From Clostridia bacterium (GTDB lineage Bacteria; Bacillota; Clostridia; Christensenellales; Aristaeellaceae): DNA of 15,881 bases. Within the stretch, counting starts at the first letter, position 1. Each line of letters starts with the position of its first letter. Made by a program: the position numbers and the translations under genes. This document shows, in pieces, positions 1 through 7,712 of the stretch. Under the pieces are notes generated by a model that was not told the DNA's origin, made no database searches, and saw only the letters and a list, made by a program, of their open reading frames with translations. The stretch is taken from NCBI GenBank assembly GCA_045599485.1, contig JAZRWA010000024.1, positions 1 to 15,881 on the forward strand. The letters are read 5' to 3'.

Positions 1-2876
1 TCCTTCAAAGCCGTCTCGTGCGCCAGGCGGGTCACGCTTGTCTTTTGCCGGTGATGCAGCTTTGCGGATGGGTGCATACGGCGCAAAAACTATTCGTTAA
101 AGTCAGTATCCAAGGCAGGAAGCACAACAGGATGGTCACCGGGCAGCTCTTGATGGTATTCGCTTTCATCGTGAAAACGCACGTCCCACAGGCTGCCGTT
201 GAGGGCGGTGTACAGCTGATCGCGGTTGTCGGTCAGTGCGGGCTCGATGGCCTGTCCCACCCATTCCAGCATGCTGGTGGCACAGCCGCTGGCATAATCG
301 CCGGGCGGCAGGCGCCATTTTTTGCGGGCGCTGTCCAGCGACTTGGGGCTGGCCAATAGGATAAGGCGGTCGCGGGCGCGTGTCATGGCCACATAGAGCA
401 GGCGGGCTTCCTCGGCGCGGTCCTCACGGGCGGCACGCTCGGCAATGGCACGGCCGCCCAGCGTCTGGTCGGCAACACGTTCTTCGGCATCCACCCATTT
501 GAGGGAAAGCCCCAGCTGCTGATCGATGCGCAGCGTATCGCCGCTGCGCGCGCCGCGGAAGGCTCTGGCCATTTCCATGACAAACACCACGGGGAATTCC
601 AGTCCCTTGGTTTTGTGGATGGTCATGATGCGAACCACATCGTCCTTTTCGCTCAGCTCTTTGGCGGTCGTTTTATCCGAAGAATGCAGGGCGGCCTCGG
701 AATTGCGCAGAAAATCAAACAGGGAATAGCGTGCCCCCTCATCCTGTGCCCTTTCACACAACAGGCGCAGGTTCGCCTGACGGATGCGGCCGTCCCTTTC
801 GGCCCCGGCGAGGGCGTAAATACCCGTTTCGCGCAGCAAATGGCGCAAAAGGGCGTCCACCGTCATCTGGTCGGACAGAAAACGCCATCGATCCAGTGTG
901 TCCAGCACGTGGGCGATGTCGGGCTCAGTCTCGCGCAGGGCAAAGATGCCTTCGTACAAATGGGCATATTTTGCGCAATTCTGGCTGATTTCCGCCAATC
1001 TTTCGGAAGAAAAGCCAAAGCAGGGCGTACGCAGGGCGGCAAGCAGCGGCAGATCCTGATAGGGGTTATCCAGCACGCGGATGAGGTTGACCATGTCCTC
1101 CACCTCGCGCTGCTCGTAAAAGCTGGCGTCGGCATCGCTGAAGCAGGGAATGCCCTCGTTTTGCAGGATGCGGGCAATGGTCTCACTGCGGCCGCTGGCC
1201 TGACGGACCAGCAGAACAAAATCACGCCACTGCAGCTTGCGGTTTTGATACGGCTGCCCCACCAGCTGCTTGATGCGGCGCGCCGCCTGCTGTGCCTCGT
1301 ACATCCAGCCGCGGGTCAGCTCTTCGTTTTCGGCGGAGTCCTCGGAGGGCTTTTCTTCCCCATCCTTCTTTTTGACACCACCGATGAGGTGCAATTCGAC
1401 CGCGGGGCCCATTTCAGCGTCGCTGCGGGCGTTCAGCTCGGCATCCTTGTCATAATCCAGCTCAGCACTGCGCAGCGAGGCATCGGGTGTACCGGTTTTG
1501 CGCATGGCGCGCTTGAACACGCAGTTGACGGCATCCAGTATGTTTTTGTTGGAACGGAAGTTCTGGGACAGCACGATCTTACGCTCGGTGCCGTCCGCTT
1601 CCTTGCTGAAGCTTTCGTATTTGCCCAAAAACAGCGAGGGATCGGCCTGACGGAAGCGATAAATGGATTGTTTGACATCGCCGACCATAAACAGGCGGTT
1701 GCTTTCGGTATGGATCATGCGGACGATGCCTTCTTCAATGCCGGACACGTCCTGATATTCATCCACAAAGATCGCGTCATAGGAGGCGGCGACCTCGGCA
1801 CGGACACGGTCATCCTTCAATGCTTCGATGCACAGATGCTCAAGATCGTTATAATCCATCAGACCGCGCTGACGCTTGAACGCGGCATAGCGATCGGCAT
1901 AGTTGTGCACCAGACGGCACAGGGCGTTGGCCGGGGCCACGGTATCGGCGATACGGGATGTTTCCGACGCCAGATCATAGGAGACCAGCGCTTGCGCCTT
2001 TTTGAAGCAGTCCTTGGCTTCCTCACGAAAATCGGTATAGATCTGTTTGGCGGCAGGGTCGGGGGCGTTTTTCTTGGTAGCACGGGTCAGCGTGGCAAAC
2101 TTCAGCTCCTGGATGCTGTTCATGGCGCGCACGGACGCCATTGCTTCACTGATCAGGTCAAAATCCGCTTTGCAGCTGTCGGTGTACAGGGCAAGACTTG
2201 GATGGATCGCCAGCTGCGCTTCCATCTGCTCGATATAGGCGCGCGCGCCCTCCAGCTGCATCAGCGCTTCCTTGGCAAAGATCAGCTGCAGCGAGCGGAG
2301 AGAGGCAGGGTCGGTGGACGGCTTGTGCGTGTCGAGCCATTCCCACGGCTCCGGCTGCATCATGATAAAGCCGTACAGCTTTTCCGCCATATCGACGATC
2401 TCTTCATCCTCAAACTGCGCACGCAGCAAGCGATCTTCCTCCTAAGAAGAAGCACACATCTGCTCCACGGCTTCGCTCAGGGCTCGCAGGCGCAGAGGCG
2501 CCAATTGCGGGTCGGAGCCGATGCGGGCGTTGGGGTCGGCTCCGCACGCCTGAAAGTGCGTTTTGATGACATTGTGGCAAAAGACGTGCAGGGTGCTGAT
2601 CTGCGCGCGCTTCAAGGAGCGAAGCTGCTCCCGCATATGACGGTTCTAAGCGGCTTCTGCATCCAGAGCCCGTTCCATTTTGTCACGGAGCTCGGCGGCC
2701 GCGGCGCGTGTAAAGGTAATGATGAGAAAACGGGTCACTTCGCCGCCCGCGCGCAAAAGGCGCAGCACGTGCTCGATCAATACTGTGGATTTACCGCTGC
2801 CTGCGGCCGCGCTGACCAGCGTATCGTGGTTATCCGCTTCAATGGCCTTCAGCTGATCTTCTGTCCAAACGCGCAC
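1..2876 (-). CDS. addA: AddA/RecB-type UvrD-family (SF1) ATP-dependent helicase-nuclease. The 3' end runs off the window. The frame carries three in-frame TAG codons (2646-2648, 2442-2444, 90-92).
   Basis: Track ORFs 2646..2945, 2442..2636 and 90..2429 share one minus-strand frame (2945-2636=309 and 2636-2429=207, both multiples of 3). They are separated only by single TAG codons (plus-strand cta). The frame stays open past a third TAG at 90-92 for 29 more codons to the window edge (FLRRMHPSAKLHHRQKTSVTRLAHETALK). SF1 motifs occur in order across the pieces: Walker A AAAGSGKST (piece 1); ISTLHVFC (piece 2); VDEYQD, MVGDVKQSIYRFR, QNFRS, MTIHKTKGLEFPVVF and LYVAMTRARDRL (piece 3). The layout, and the K-x-S-V-T motif after the third TAG, resemble B. 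subtilis AddA as I recall it. The likely start is GTG at 2876 (MRVWTEDQLKAI), 6 nt after GGAGGG (2883-2888). The MFHVKH extension in the track is translation of the parS palindromes. No addB-like gene lies upstream. Confidence 0.8.
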
Positions 2877-2891
2877 AATGATCCCTCCGAT

Positions 2892-2907
2892 TGTTTCACG
2901 TGAAACA
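2892..2907. promoter_or_regulatory. parS: parS site (ParB/Spo0J centromere-like binding site), copy 1
   Basis: Perfect 16-bp palindrome TGTTTCACGTGAAACA, extending to the 18-bp palindrome TTGTTTCACGTGAAACAA at 2891-2908. It matches the Firmicutes parS consensus tGTTNCACGTGAAACa. It lies in the intergenic region between addA and csoR. Confidence 0.8.
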
Positions 2908-2928
2908 ATGGCCTTATGCAAACCGCAA

Positions 2929-2944
2929 TGTTTCACGTGAAACA
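2929..2944. promoter_or_regulatory. parS: parS site (ParB/Spo0J binding site), copy 2
   Basis: Second perfect TGTTTCACGTGAAACA, within the 18-bp palindrome ATGTTTCACGTGAAACAT at 2928-2945. It lies 37 bp (start to start) from copy 1. Confidence 0.8.
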
Positions 2945-2963
2945 TTTTTCACGCAAATCGAAT

Positions 2964-3002
2964 GTTATATAATAGGATATAACTGTTTCAACAAAATGTC
3001 AA
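2964..3002 (-). promoter_or_regulatory. Candidate sigma-A promoter(s) driving addA, upstream of both parS sites
   Basis: Two candidates on the minus strand in an AT-rich tract. One is TTGAAA (2986-2991), 16 nt, TATAAC (2964-2969). The other is TTGACA (2997-3002), 17 nt, TATCCT. Either would place the parS pair in the addA 5' leader. Sequence match only. Confidence 0.3.
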
Positions 3003-3008
3003 CAAGGC

Positions 3009-3037
3009 TTGACAAATACGGGGGTGGGGTATAGAAT
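3009..3037 (+). promoter_or_regulatory. csoR promoter
   Basis: TTGACA (3009-3014), 17-nt spacer, TAGAAT (3032-3037), about 33 nt upstream of the csoR ATG. Confidence 0.6.
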
Positions 3038-3066
3038 GGACATCGAAAACATACCCCCGGGAGGTA
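3016..3066 (+). promoter_or_regulatory. Two candidate CsoR operator boxes (G/C-tract pseudo-palindromes flanked by ATAC/GTAT)
   Basis: Box 1 is ATACGGGGGTGGGGTAT (3016-3032) and fills the -35/-10 spacer. Box 2 is ATACCCCCGGGAGGTA (3051-3066); TACCCCCGGGAGGTA matches its own reverse complement at 12 of 15 positions, and it overlaps the RBS. Both resemble the TACCC-N-GGGGTA type CsoR operators known from Bacillus, Listeria and Staphylococcus. This is an inference from resemblance. Confidence 0.4.
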
Positions 3067-3069
3067 AAG

Positions 3070-3375
3070 ATGAAAATGAAAGAATGCTGCTGCGCGGCAC
3101 GCACCACCGAGCGTGACGCTGCCGAAAAAAAGAAGCTGCTGGACCGCCTCAGCCGTATTGAAGGTCAGATCCGCGGCATCCGCGCCATGCTGGAAAAGGA
3201 TGCCTATTGCGCCGATGTGTTGACCCAGTCGGCCGCGGCCCGGTCGGCGCTGGATGCCTTCAATCGGCAGGTGCTCAGCCGCCACATCCATACCTGCGTG
3301 ATGCAGGACATGGCCGAGGGCAAGGCGGACGCGCCCGATGAATTGTGCGAACTGATCCTGAAGTTGGTCAAATAA
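3070..3375 (+). CDS. csoR: CsoR-family copper-sensing transcriptional repressor
   Basis: The 101-aa product carries the DUF156/CsoR core LLDRLSRIEGQIRGIRAML. The C-H-C Cu(I) ligand pattern is present (YCADVL ... HIHTC). GGAGG lies 6 nt upstream of the ATG. The stop is TAA. The N-terminal tail contains ECCC. Confidence 0.9.
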   Translation: MKMKECCCAARTTERDAAEKKKLLDRLSRIEGQIRGIRAMLEKDAYCADVLTQSAAARSALDAFNRQVLSRHIHTCVMQDMAEGKADAPDELCELILKLVK

Positions 3376-3394
3376 TGTATAAAATGGTAAATAC

Positions 3395-3423
3395 TTGACA
3401 ATTACAAACATTGTGTCTATAAT
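3395..3423 (+). promoter_or_regulatory. Consensus promoter immediately upstream of copA
   Basis: TTGACA (3395-3400), 17 nt, TATAAT (3418-3423). The spacer contains the small palindrome ACAA-N3-TTGT. No terminator lies between csoR and copA. Confidence 0.6.
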
Positions 3424-3441
3424 GAAAGAAAGAGGCAAACA

Positions 3442-5940
3442 ATGAAGCAATATCATGTAACGGGGATGAGCTGTGCCGCCTGCTCCGCCCGCGTGGAAAA
3501 AGCGGTCAAGGGCGTGCCCGGGGTGACGGAATGTGCTGTCAGCCTGCTGACCAACTCCATGGGCGTGGAAGGAACCGCCTCAGACGGCGACATCATCCGT
3601 GCGGTGACGGAGGCGGGCTACGGCTGCAGCCCCAAGGACGGAGGCAGTACCGCAAAAAGCGCCGCGTCCTCCGTGGATGAACTGACCGATACCGAAACGC
3701 CGAAAATGATCCGGCGTTTGATCGCCAGCCTGTGCCTGCTGCTGCCGCTGATGTATGTTTCCATGGGCGGCATGATGTGGGGCTGGCCTGTTCCCTCCCT
3801 GTTTGCGGGCAACGGCCTTGCCGTTGGCATTTATGAAATGCTTCTGGCAGGTCTGGTCATGGTCATCAACCAGAAGTTTTTTATCAGCGGCTTCAAGGGA
3901 CTGATCCACAAAGCCCCCAACATGGATACACTGGTGGCCATGGGCTCGTTTGCCTCGTTTGCGTGGTCGGTGGTGACGCTCTTCCGCATGACGCTGCCGG
4001 GCGCGATGCCGATGCATCTGCTGCACGACCTGTATTTTGAGTCGGCGGCCATGATCCTGACCCTCATCACCGTGGGCAAAACGCTGGAAGCGCGCAGCAA
4101 GGGCAAGACGACGGACGCGCTCAAGAGCCTGATGAAGCTCTCTCCCCGCACCGCGACCCTGGAAAGGGACGGAAAACAGGTGACGGTGCCCATTGAAGAG
4201 GTGCGCCCCGGCGATATCTTTGTATTGAAGCCCGGCGACAGCGTGCCGGTGGACGGCGTGATCGTGGAGGGCAGCGGCTCCCTCAATGAAAGCGCGCTGA
4301 CGGGCGAGAGCGTGCCTGCGGACAAGACGGTGGGCGACCGTGTCAGCGCCGCCACCATCAACCTGAACGGCGCGCTGCGCTGCCGGGCCGAGCGCGTGGG
4401 TGAGGATACCACGCTGGCGCAGATCATTCGCCTCTGCTCGGATGCCGCAGCGACCAAGGCCCCCATCGCGCGGCTGGCGGACAAGGTCAGCGGTGTGTTT
4501 GTGCCCGTGGTGCTGGGCATTGCTGCGGTGACGTTTATCATATGGCTGCTGCTGGGCGAAAGCACGGGCTTTGCGCTGGCAAGAGGCATCAGCGTGCTGG
4601 TCATCTCCTGCCCCTGTGCGCTGGGCCTGGCAACGCCGGTCGCTATCATGGCGGGCAGCGGCGTGGGTGCCAGGAACGGCATTCTGTTCAAGACCGCGGC
4701 CTCGCTGGAGCGGGCGGGACGGACGCGCGTGGCGGCGCTGGACAAGACCGGCACCATCACCGAGGGCGTGATGAGCGTGACCGATGTGCTGCCCGAAAAC
4801 GGCAGCGAGGAGGCGCTTTTGAAGCTGGCGGCCTCTTTGGAGGCGCGCAGTGAGCATCCCGTGGGCCGCGCCGTTGTAAAAGAGGCCGAAAAACGCGGCA
4901 TCATGGCCGAAAGCGTGACCGATTTTGCCGCGCTGCCGGGCAAGGGACTGATGGCGCGCCACGCCGGCGGCAAGCTGGTGGGCGGCAGCGTCAGCTACAT
5001 TGCGGAAGTGACCGAGCTGCCCGGGAACGTGAAAAAACAGGCGGAAAGGCTCTCTGACGAGGGCAAAACGCCGCTGTGCTTTGCCTTGGAGGATCGCTAC
5101 ATCGGCATGATCGCTGTGCGGGATACCCTCAAGAGCGACAGCGCGGAGGCCATCAAACAGCTGAAAAACATGGGCGTGCGCGTGGTGATGATCACGGGCG
5201 ACAATGCCCGCACGGCGGCCGCCATGGCCAAAGCCGCGGGGGTGGACGAGGTGCTTTCCGGTGTGCTGCCCGACGGCAAGGAAGCCGCCGTGCGGAGCCT
5301 CAAAAAGTACGGCCCTGTCATGATGGTGGGCGACGGCATCAACGATGCCCCCGCCCTGATCAGCGCCGATGTGGGCGCCGCCATTGGCGCGGGCACCGAT
5401 GTGGCCATTGACGCCGCCGATATCGTACTGATGAAGAGCAGCCTCAGCGATGTGGCGGCGGCCATCCGCCTGTCCCGCGCGACGCTGACCAACATCCGCG
5501 AGAACCTTTTCTGGGCGTTTTTCTACAACGCGGTGTGCATTCCGCTGGCCGCCGGTGCGTTTATCCATTGGACGGGCTGGCAGATGAGCCCCATGCTGGG
5601 CGCTGCCGCCATGAGCCTTTCCAGCTTCTGCGTGGTGAGCAATGCCCTGCGCCTCAACCTGATCGATATTCATTCCCCCAGGCATGATCACCGTCTGAAG
5701 GGCAAGGCGCCTCAAACGACCGTGCTGGAGCTGGAAGTGGAGGGCATGATGTGCCACCACTGCGAGCGGGCGGTATCCGAAGCGCTGTCGGCGATCGACG
5801 GCGTGGTGGACGCCTCCGCCGATTTTGAGACCGGTAAGGTCCTGCTGACCTGCGTAAAACCCATTCCGGAGCAGGTGCTCCGCCAAGCCATAGAGGAGGC
5901 GGATTATGCCCTGCTGTCCGTAAAAGAACAGGAGAAATAA
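3442..5940 (+). CDS. copA: Copper-translocating P1B-type ATPase with N-terminal and C-terminal HMA metal-binding domains
   Basis: The 832-aa product has an N-terminal HMA domain (GMSCAACSARVE), the TGES motif (LTGESVP), the transmembrane CPC motif (SCPCALGLATP), DKTGTIT, MITGDN and VGDGINDAP. A second HMA domain sits at the C-terminus (VEGMMCHHCERAV). AAGAGG RBS. The stop is TAA. Confidence 0.95.
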   Translation: MKQYHVTGMSCAACSARVEKAVKGVPGVTECAVSLLTNSMGVEGTASDGDIIRAVTEAGYGCSPKDGGSTAKSAASSVDELTDTETPKMIRRLIASLCLLLPLMYVSMGGMMWGWPVPSLFAGNGLAVGIYEMLLAGLVMVINQKFFISGFKGLIHKAPNMDTLVAMGSFASFAWSVVTLFRMTLPGAMPMHLLHDLYFESAAMILTLITVGKTLEARSKGKTTDALKSLMKLSPRTATLERDGKQVTVPIEEVRPGDIFVLKPGDSVPVDGVIVEGSGSLNESALTGESVPADKTVGDRVSAATINLNGALRCRAERVGEDTTLAQIIRLCSDAAATKAPIARLADKVSGVFVPVVLGIAAVTFIIWLLLGESTGFALARGISVLVISCPCALGLATPVAIMAGSGVGARNGILFKTAASLERAGRTRVAALDKTGTITEGVMSVTDVLPENGSEEALLKLAASLEARSEHPVGRAVVKEAEKRGIMAESVTDFAALPGKGLMARHAGGKLVGGSVSYIAEVTELPGNVKKQAERLSDEGKTPLCFALEDRYIGMIAVRDTLKSDSAEAIKQLKNMGVRVVMITGDNARTAAAMAKAAGVDEVLSGVLPDGKEAAVRSLKKYGPVMMVGDGINDAPALISADVGAAIGAGTDVAIDAADIVLMKSSLSDVAAAIRLSRATLTNIRENLFWAFFYNAVCIPLAAGAFIHWTGWQMSPMLGAAAMSLSSFCVVSNALRLNLIDIHSPRHDHRLKGKAPQTTVLELEVEGMMCHHCERAVSEALSAIDGVVDASADFETGKVLLTCVKPIPEQVLRQAIEEADYALLSVKEQEK

Positions 5941-5943
5941 ACC

Positions 5944-6702
5944 ATGAACATGAATCAGCGCCGCGAAAGGATCGTGCAGCTTGTCAACGGCGGGGGCTCG
6001 GTGAGCTTTTCCACCCTGAAAAAGGAGTTTCCTCAGATATCGGAAATGACCCTGCGGCGCGATCTGGAGTATCTGGATCAGAACAGGCTGCTGATCCGCA
6101 CGCATGGCGGCGCGCGCAGTGTGGAGGTGCTGGTGGGCACGGATGACCTTTTGCCCCGCCGTACACAGCGCAACGCGCAGGAAAAGCAGCAGATCGCCGT
6201 CAAGGCGGCGCAGCTGCTGCAGGCGAACACGACGGTGTTCCTCGATTCCGGCTCCACCTGCACCGAACTGGCCCGGGTGTTTCCCGATGGACCGTACATG
6301 ATCTTTACCACCTCGGTGGGCTGCGCGGTCGATCTGGCGCGGCTGCAGCAGCCGCAGGTGCATATGCTGGGCGGCGCACTCAATGCCAGCTCACTGTCCG
6401 TCAACGGCGCCGCGACGCTGGAATGGCTGAATCATATCAATTTTGACATCGCGTTCATGGGCGTGACAGGGTATATTCAAAACCGCGGCTTTACCTGCGG
6501 CAGCGAGGAGGAATGCGCCGTCAAGCGCGCCGTCATTCAGCGCGCCGACCGCGTGGTGCTTTTGATGGATGCCAGCAAGGTGGGCGTGACAAGCACGTTT
6601 ACCTTTGCGGATGCCGACCGTGTCAGCATTCTGGTGACGGACGGCCTGCTGGACGAAAAGACCGAGCGGCACTTTGAAGCCTGCGGCATACAGGTGTTGT
6701 AA
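5944..6702 (+). CDS. DeoR/GlpR-family transcriptional regulator
   Basis: The 252-aa product has an N-terminal HTH (FSTLKKEFPQISEMTLRRDLEYLDQNRLLIRTHGGA) and a C-terminal DeoR sugar-binding-type domain (VFLDSGSTCTELA, DIAFMGVTG). The ATG lies 3 nt after the copA TAA, and AGGAGA lies inside the copA 3' end. The stop is TAA. Confidence 0.85.
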   Translation: MNMNQRRERIVQLVNGGGSVSFSTLKKEFPQISEMTLRRDLEYLDQNRLLIRTHGGARSVEVLVGTDDLLPRRTQRNAQEKQQIAVKAAQLLQANTTVFLDSGSTCTELARVFPDGPYMIFTTSVGCAVDLARLQQPQVHMLGGALNASSLSVNGAATLEWLNHINFDIAFMGVTGYIQNRGFTCGSEEECAVKRAVIQRADRVVLLMDASKVGVTSTFTFADADRVSILVTDGLLDEKTERHFEACGIQVL

Positions 6703-6711
6703 GTTTTTAAG

Positions 6712-6753
6712 GGGGGAACCACGCTTTCCGAAGCCGGAAAGCATGGTTCCCCC
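6712..6753 (+). terminator. Long hairpin downstream of the DeoR-family gene; also the core of the left inverted repeat of the low-GC islet
   Basis: GGGGGAACCACGCTTTCCG (6712-6730), loop AAGC, CGGAAAGCATGGTTCCCCC (6735-6753). The stem is 19 bp with one mismatch. It is followed by TTTAACC, a second small stem CCCTT/AAGGG and then CAGTTTTTT. Confidence 0.55.
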
Positions 6754-6788
6754 TTTAACCCCTTCCGAGAAAGGGCAGTTTTTTAATA
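6712..6788. repeat. Left copy of a ~70-75 bp imperfect inverted repeat flanking the low-GC islet
   Basis: GGGGGAACCACGCTTTCCGAAGCCGGAAAGCATGGTTCCCCCTTTAACCCCTTCCGAGAAAGGGCAGTTTTTTAAT aligns with the reverse complement of 7630-7701 (GGGGCGACCACGCTTTCAGAGCCTGAAAGCATGGTCGCCCCAAACCCCACCCGAGAAAGGGCTGTTTTAAT). By hand alignment this is roughly 85% identity with one indel. Confidence 0.7.
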
Positions 6789-6799
6789 TGGTATAATAA

Positions 6800-6846
6800 C
6801 ACCCCTGCATGTTTGGAAGATGATAGTCAACCATGATGCAGGGGTG
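6800..6846 (-). terminator. Hairpin downstream of the low-GC ORF
   Basis: CACCCCTGCAT (6800-6810) pairs with ATGCAGGGGTG (6836-6846): an 11-bp stem with a 25-nt loop. On the minus strand it is followed by TTATTATACCATATTAAAAAA. The large loop makes it an atypical intrinsic terminator. Confidence 0.4.
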
Positions 6847-6865
6847 TGTTTGGTCCTATTATTGA

Positions 6866-7513
6866 TTAATCCCATGTTATATGCATATACTTTTCAGTTG
6901 ACTCAAGGTAACGTTTAGCTCCTATCAGATATCCCAAATCATGCAGCCGCTTTCTTTGCATTTCAGTTTGAGCGGTCATGGTATGCACAAACATCGTTTC
7001 ATCGGGGATATATAATCCTCCGTATGTTGCGATTTGCAGTATTGGCAAGTGATATTTGTCTGAATACCCAATGTATTCGCCGTAGACTTCAACCGGAATG
7101 TTTTCAAATCCGTCAAACACAGTTTGATTTTTTTCATATCCCGGATTACTTCCCACAAAGATACCGTTTTGCTTCAGAGCGTAAATAACAATCCATTCAT
7201 TATTGTTTTCGTCGGTGATGCGAAATGCAAAAAGATCATCGATTCTAAAGTACTGAGTTATGGAACCATAAATTGCAATTAACCGTTCTTCAAAACGATC
7301 GTTCCAGTTATCAAAGTAGGTTTCATAATCAACGTGCATAAATGGAATAATGCTTTCACCACGCTGGGCTTTATCGATGATTGCCTGAGCTTCTGAGGGA
7401 TTATATCCCAATGCAAGCATTTTGCCGTAATTCAACGTAACTGTGCTTTCACTGTCAGCCAAACAATTTGAGACGAGCAGAAAGCAGATGATGGTCAACA
7501 GAACTTTCTTCAT
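6866..7513 (-). CDS. Hypothetical secreted protein encoded in a low-GC islet; no family recognised
   Basis: Track ORF 6866..7528. The preferred start is the second ATG (7513, MKKVLLTIICFLLVSNCLADS), with GGAGG 8 nt upstream. The N-terminus is a typical signal peptide. Sampled 60-nt lines inside are 37-43% GC, against about 65-68% in the flanks. The stop is TAA. Confidence 0.65.
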   Translation of the reverse strand: MKKVLLTIICFLLVSNCLADSESTVTLNYGKMLALGYNPSEAQAIIDKAQRGESIIPFMHVDYETYFDNWNDRFEERLIAIYGSITQYFRIDDLFAFRITDENNNEWIVIYALKQNGIFVGSNPGYEKNQTVFDGFENIPVEVYGEYIGYSDKYHLPILQIATYGGLYIPDETMFVHTMTAQTEMQRKRLHDLGYLIGAKRYLESTEKYMHITWD

Positions 7514-7629
7514 AGTAAAAACCTCCATCGCATTACGAGACTAATAAATCAGTTCGTCAAAAATGCAACTATTCCTTCTGCACAAACAAAGTTGGTGATA
7601 GTTTTTTGCGCGTGTCTGAGAAGTTATTA

Positions 7630-7701
7630 GATTAAAACAGCCCTTTCTCGGGTGGGGTTTGGGGCGACCATGCTTTCAGGCTCTGAAAGCGTGGTCGCCC
7701 C
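7630..7701. repeat. Right copy of the inverted repeat flanking the low-GC islet; contains the hairpin that would terminate the EamA gene
   Basis: Hairpin GGGGCGACCATGCTTTCAG (7661-7679), loop GCT, CTGAAAGCGTGGTCGCCCC (7683-7701). It is preceded by AAAACAGCCCTTTCTCGGGTGGGGTTT. The reverse complement matches 6712-6788. Confidence 0.7.
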
Positions 7702-7712
7702 AACACAGTCCT

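Noticed and set aside
615-2903. Long ORFs antisense to, or overlapping, recognised genes: 615..2903 (+), 3580..6363 (-), 3831..4973 (-), 7659..8600 (+), 8575..9768 (+), 9885..11552 (+), 11071..12135 (+), 12205..13440 (+), 13616..14248 (+), 14291..14902 (+), 15037..15690 (-), and the many 60-170 aa ORFs.
   Set aside because: They are typical shadow ORFs of GC-rich DNA. Their translations are low-complexity (runs of R, G, A, H and Q) with no family motifs. They lack SD sequences. Each lies opposite a gene with strong motif-level support.
2877-2945. N-terminal extension MFHVKHCGLHKAIVSRETIGGIIV of the addA ORF in the track.
   Set aside because: MFHVKH and VSRET are simply translations of the two parS palindromes. 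A GTG at 2876 with a GGAGGG RBS gives the canonical M-x-x-W-T-x-x-Q start of this helicase family.
3401-3417. A CopY-type cop box (TACAnnTGTA) in the copA promoter spacer.
   Set aside because: The sequence is TACAAACATTGTG. The half-sites are separated by the wrong spacing and the right half is TGTG rather than TGTA. No copY gene is present.
6712-7701. Interpreting the islet as an integron gene cassette with attC sites.
   Set aside because: The flanking repeats are in inverted rather than direct orientation. No GTTRRRY core sites were recognised at the boundaries. No intI is present in the window.
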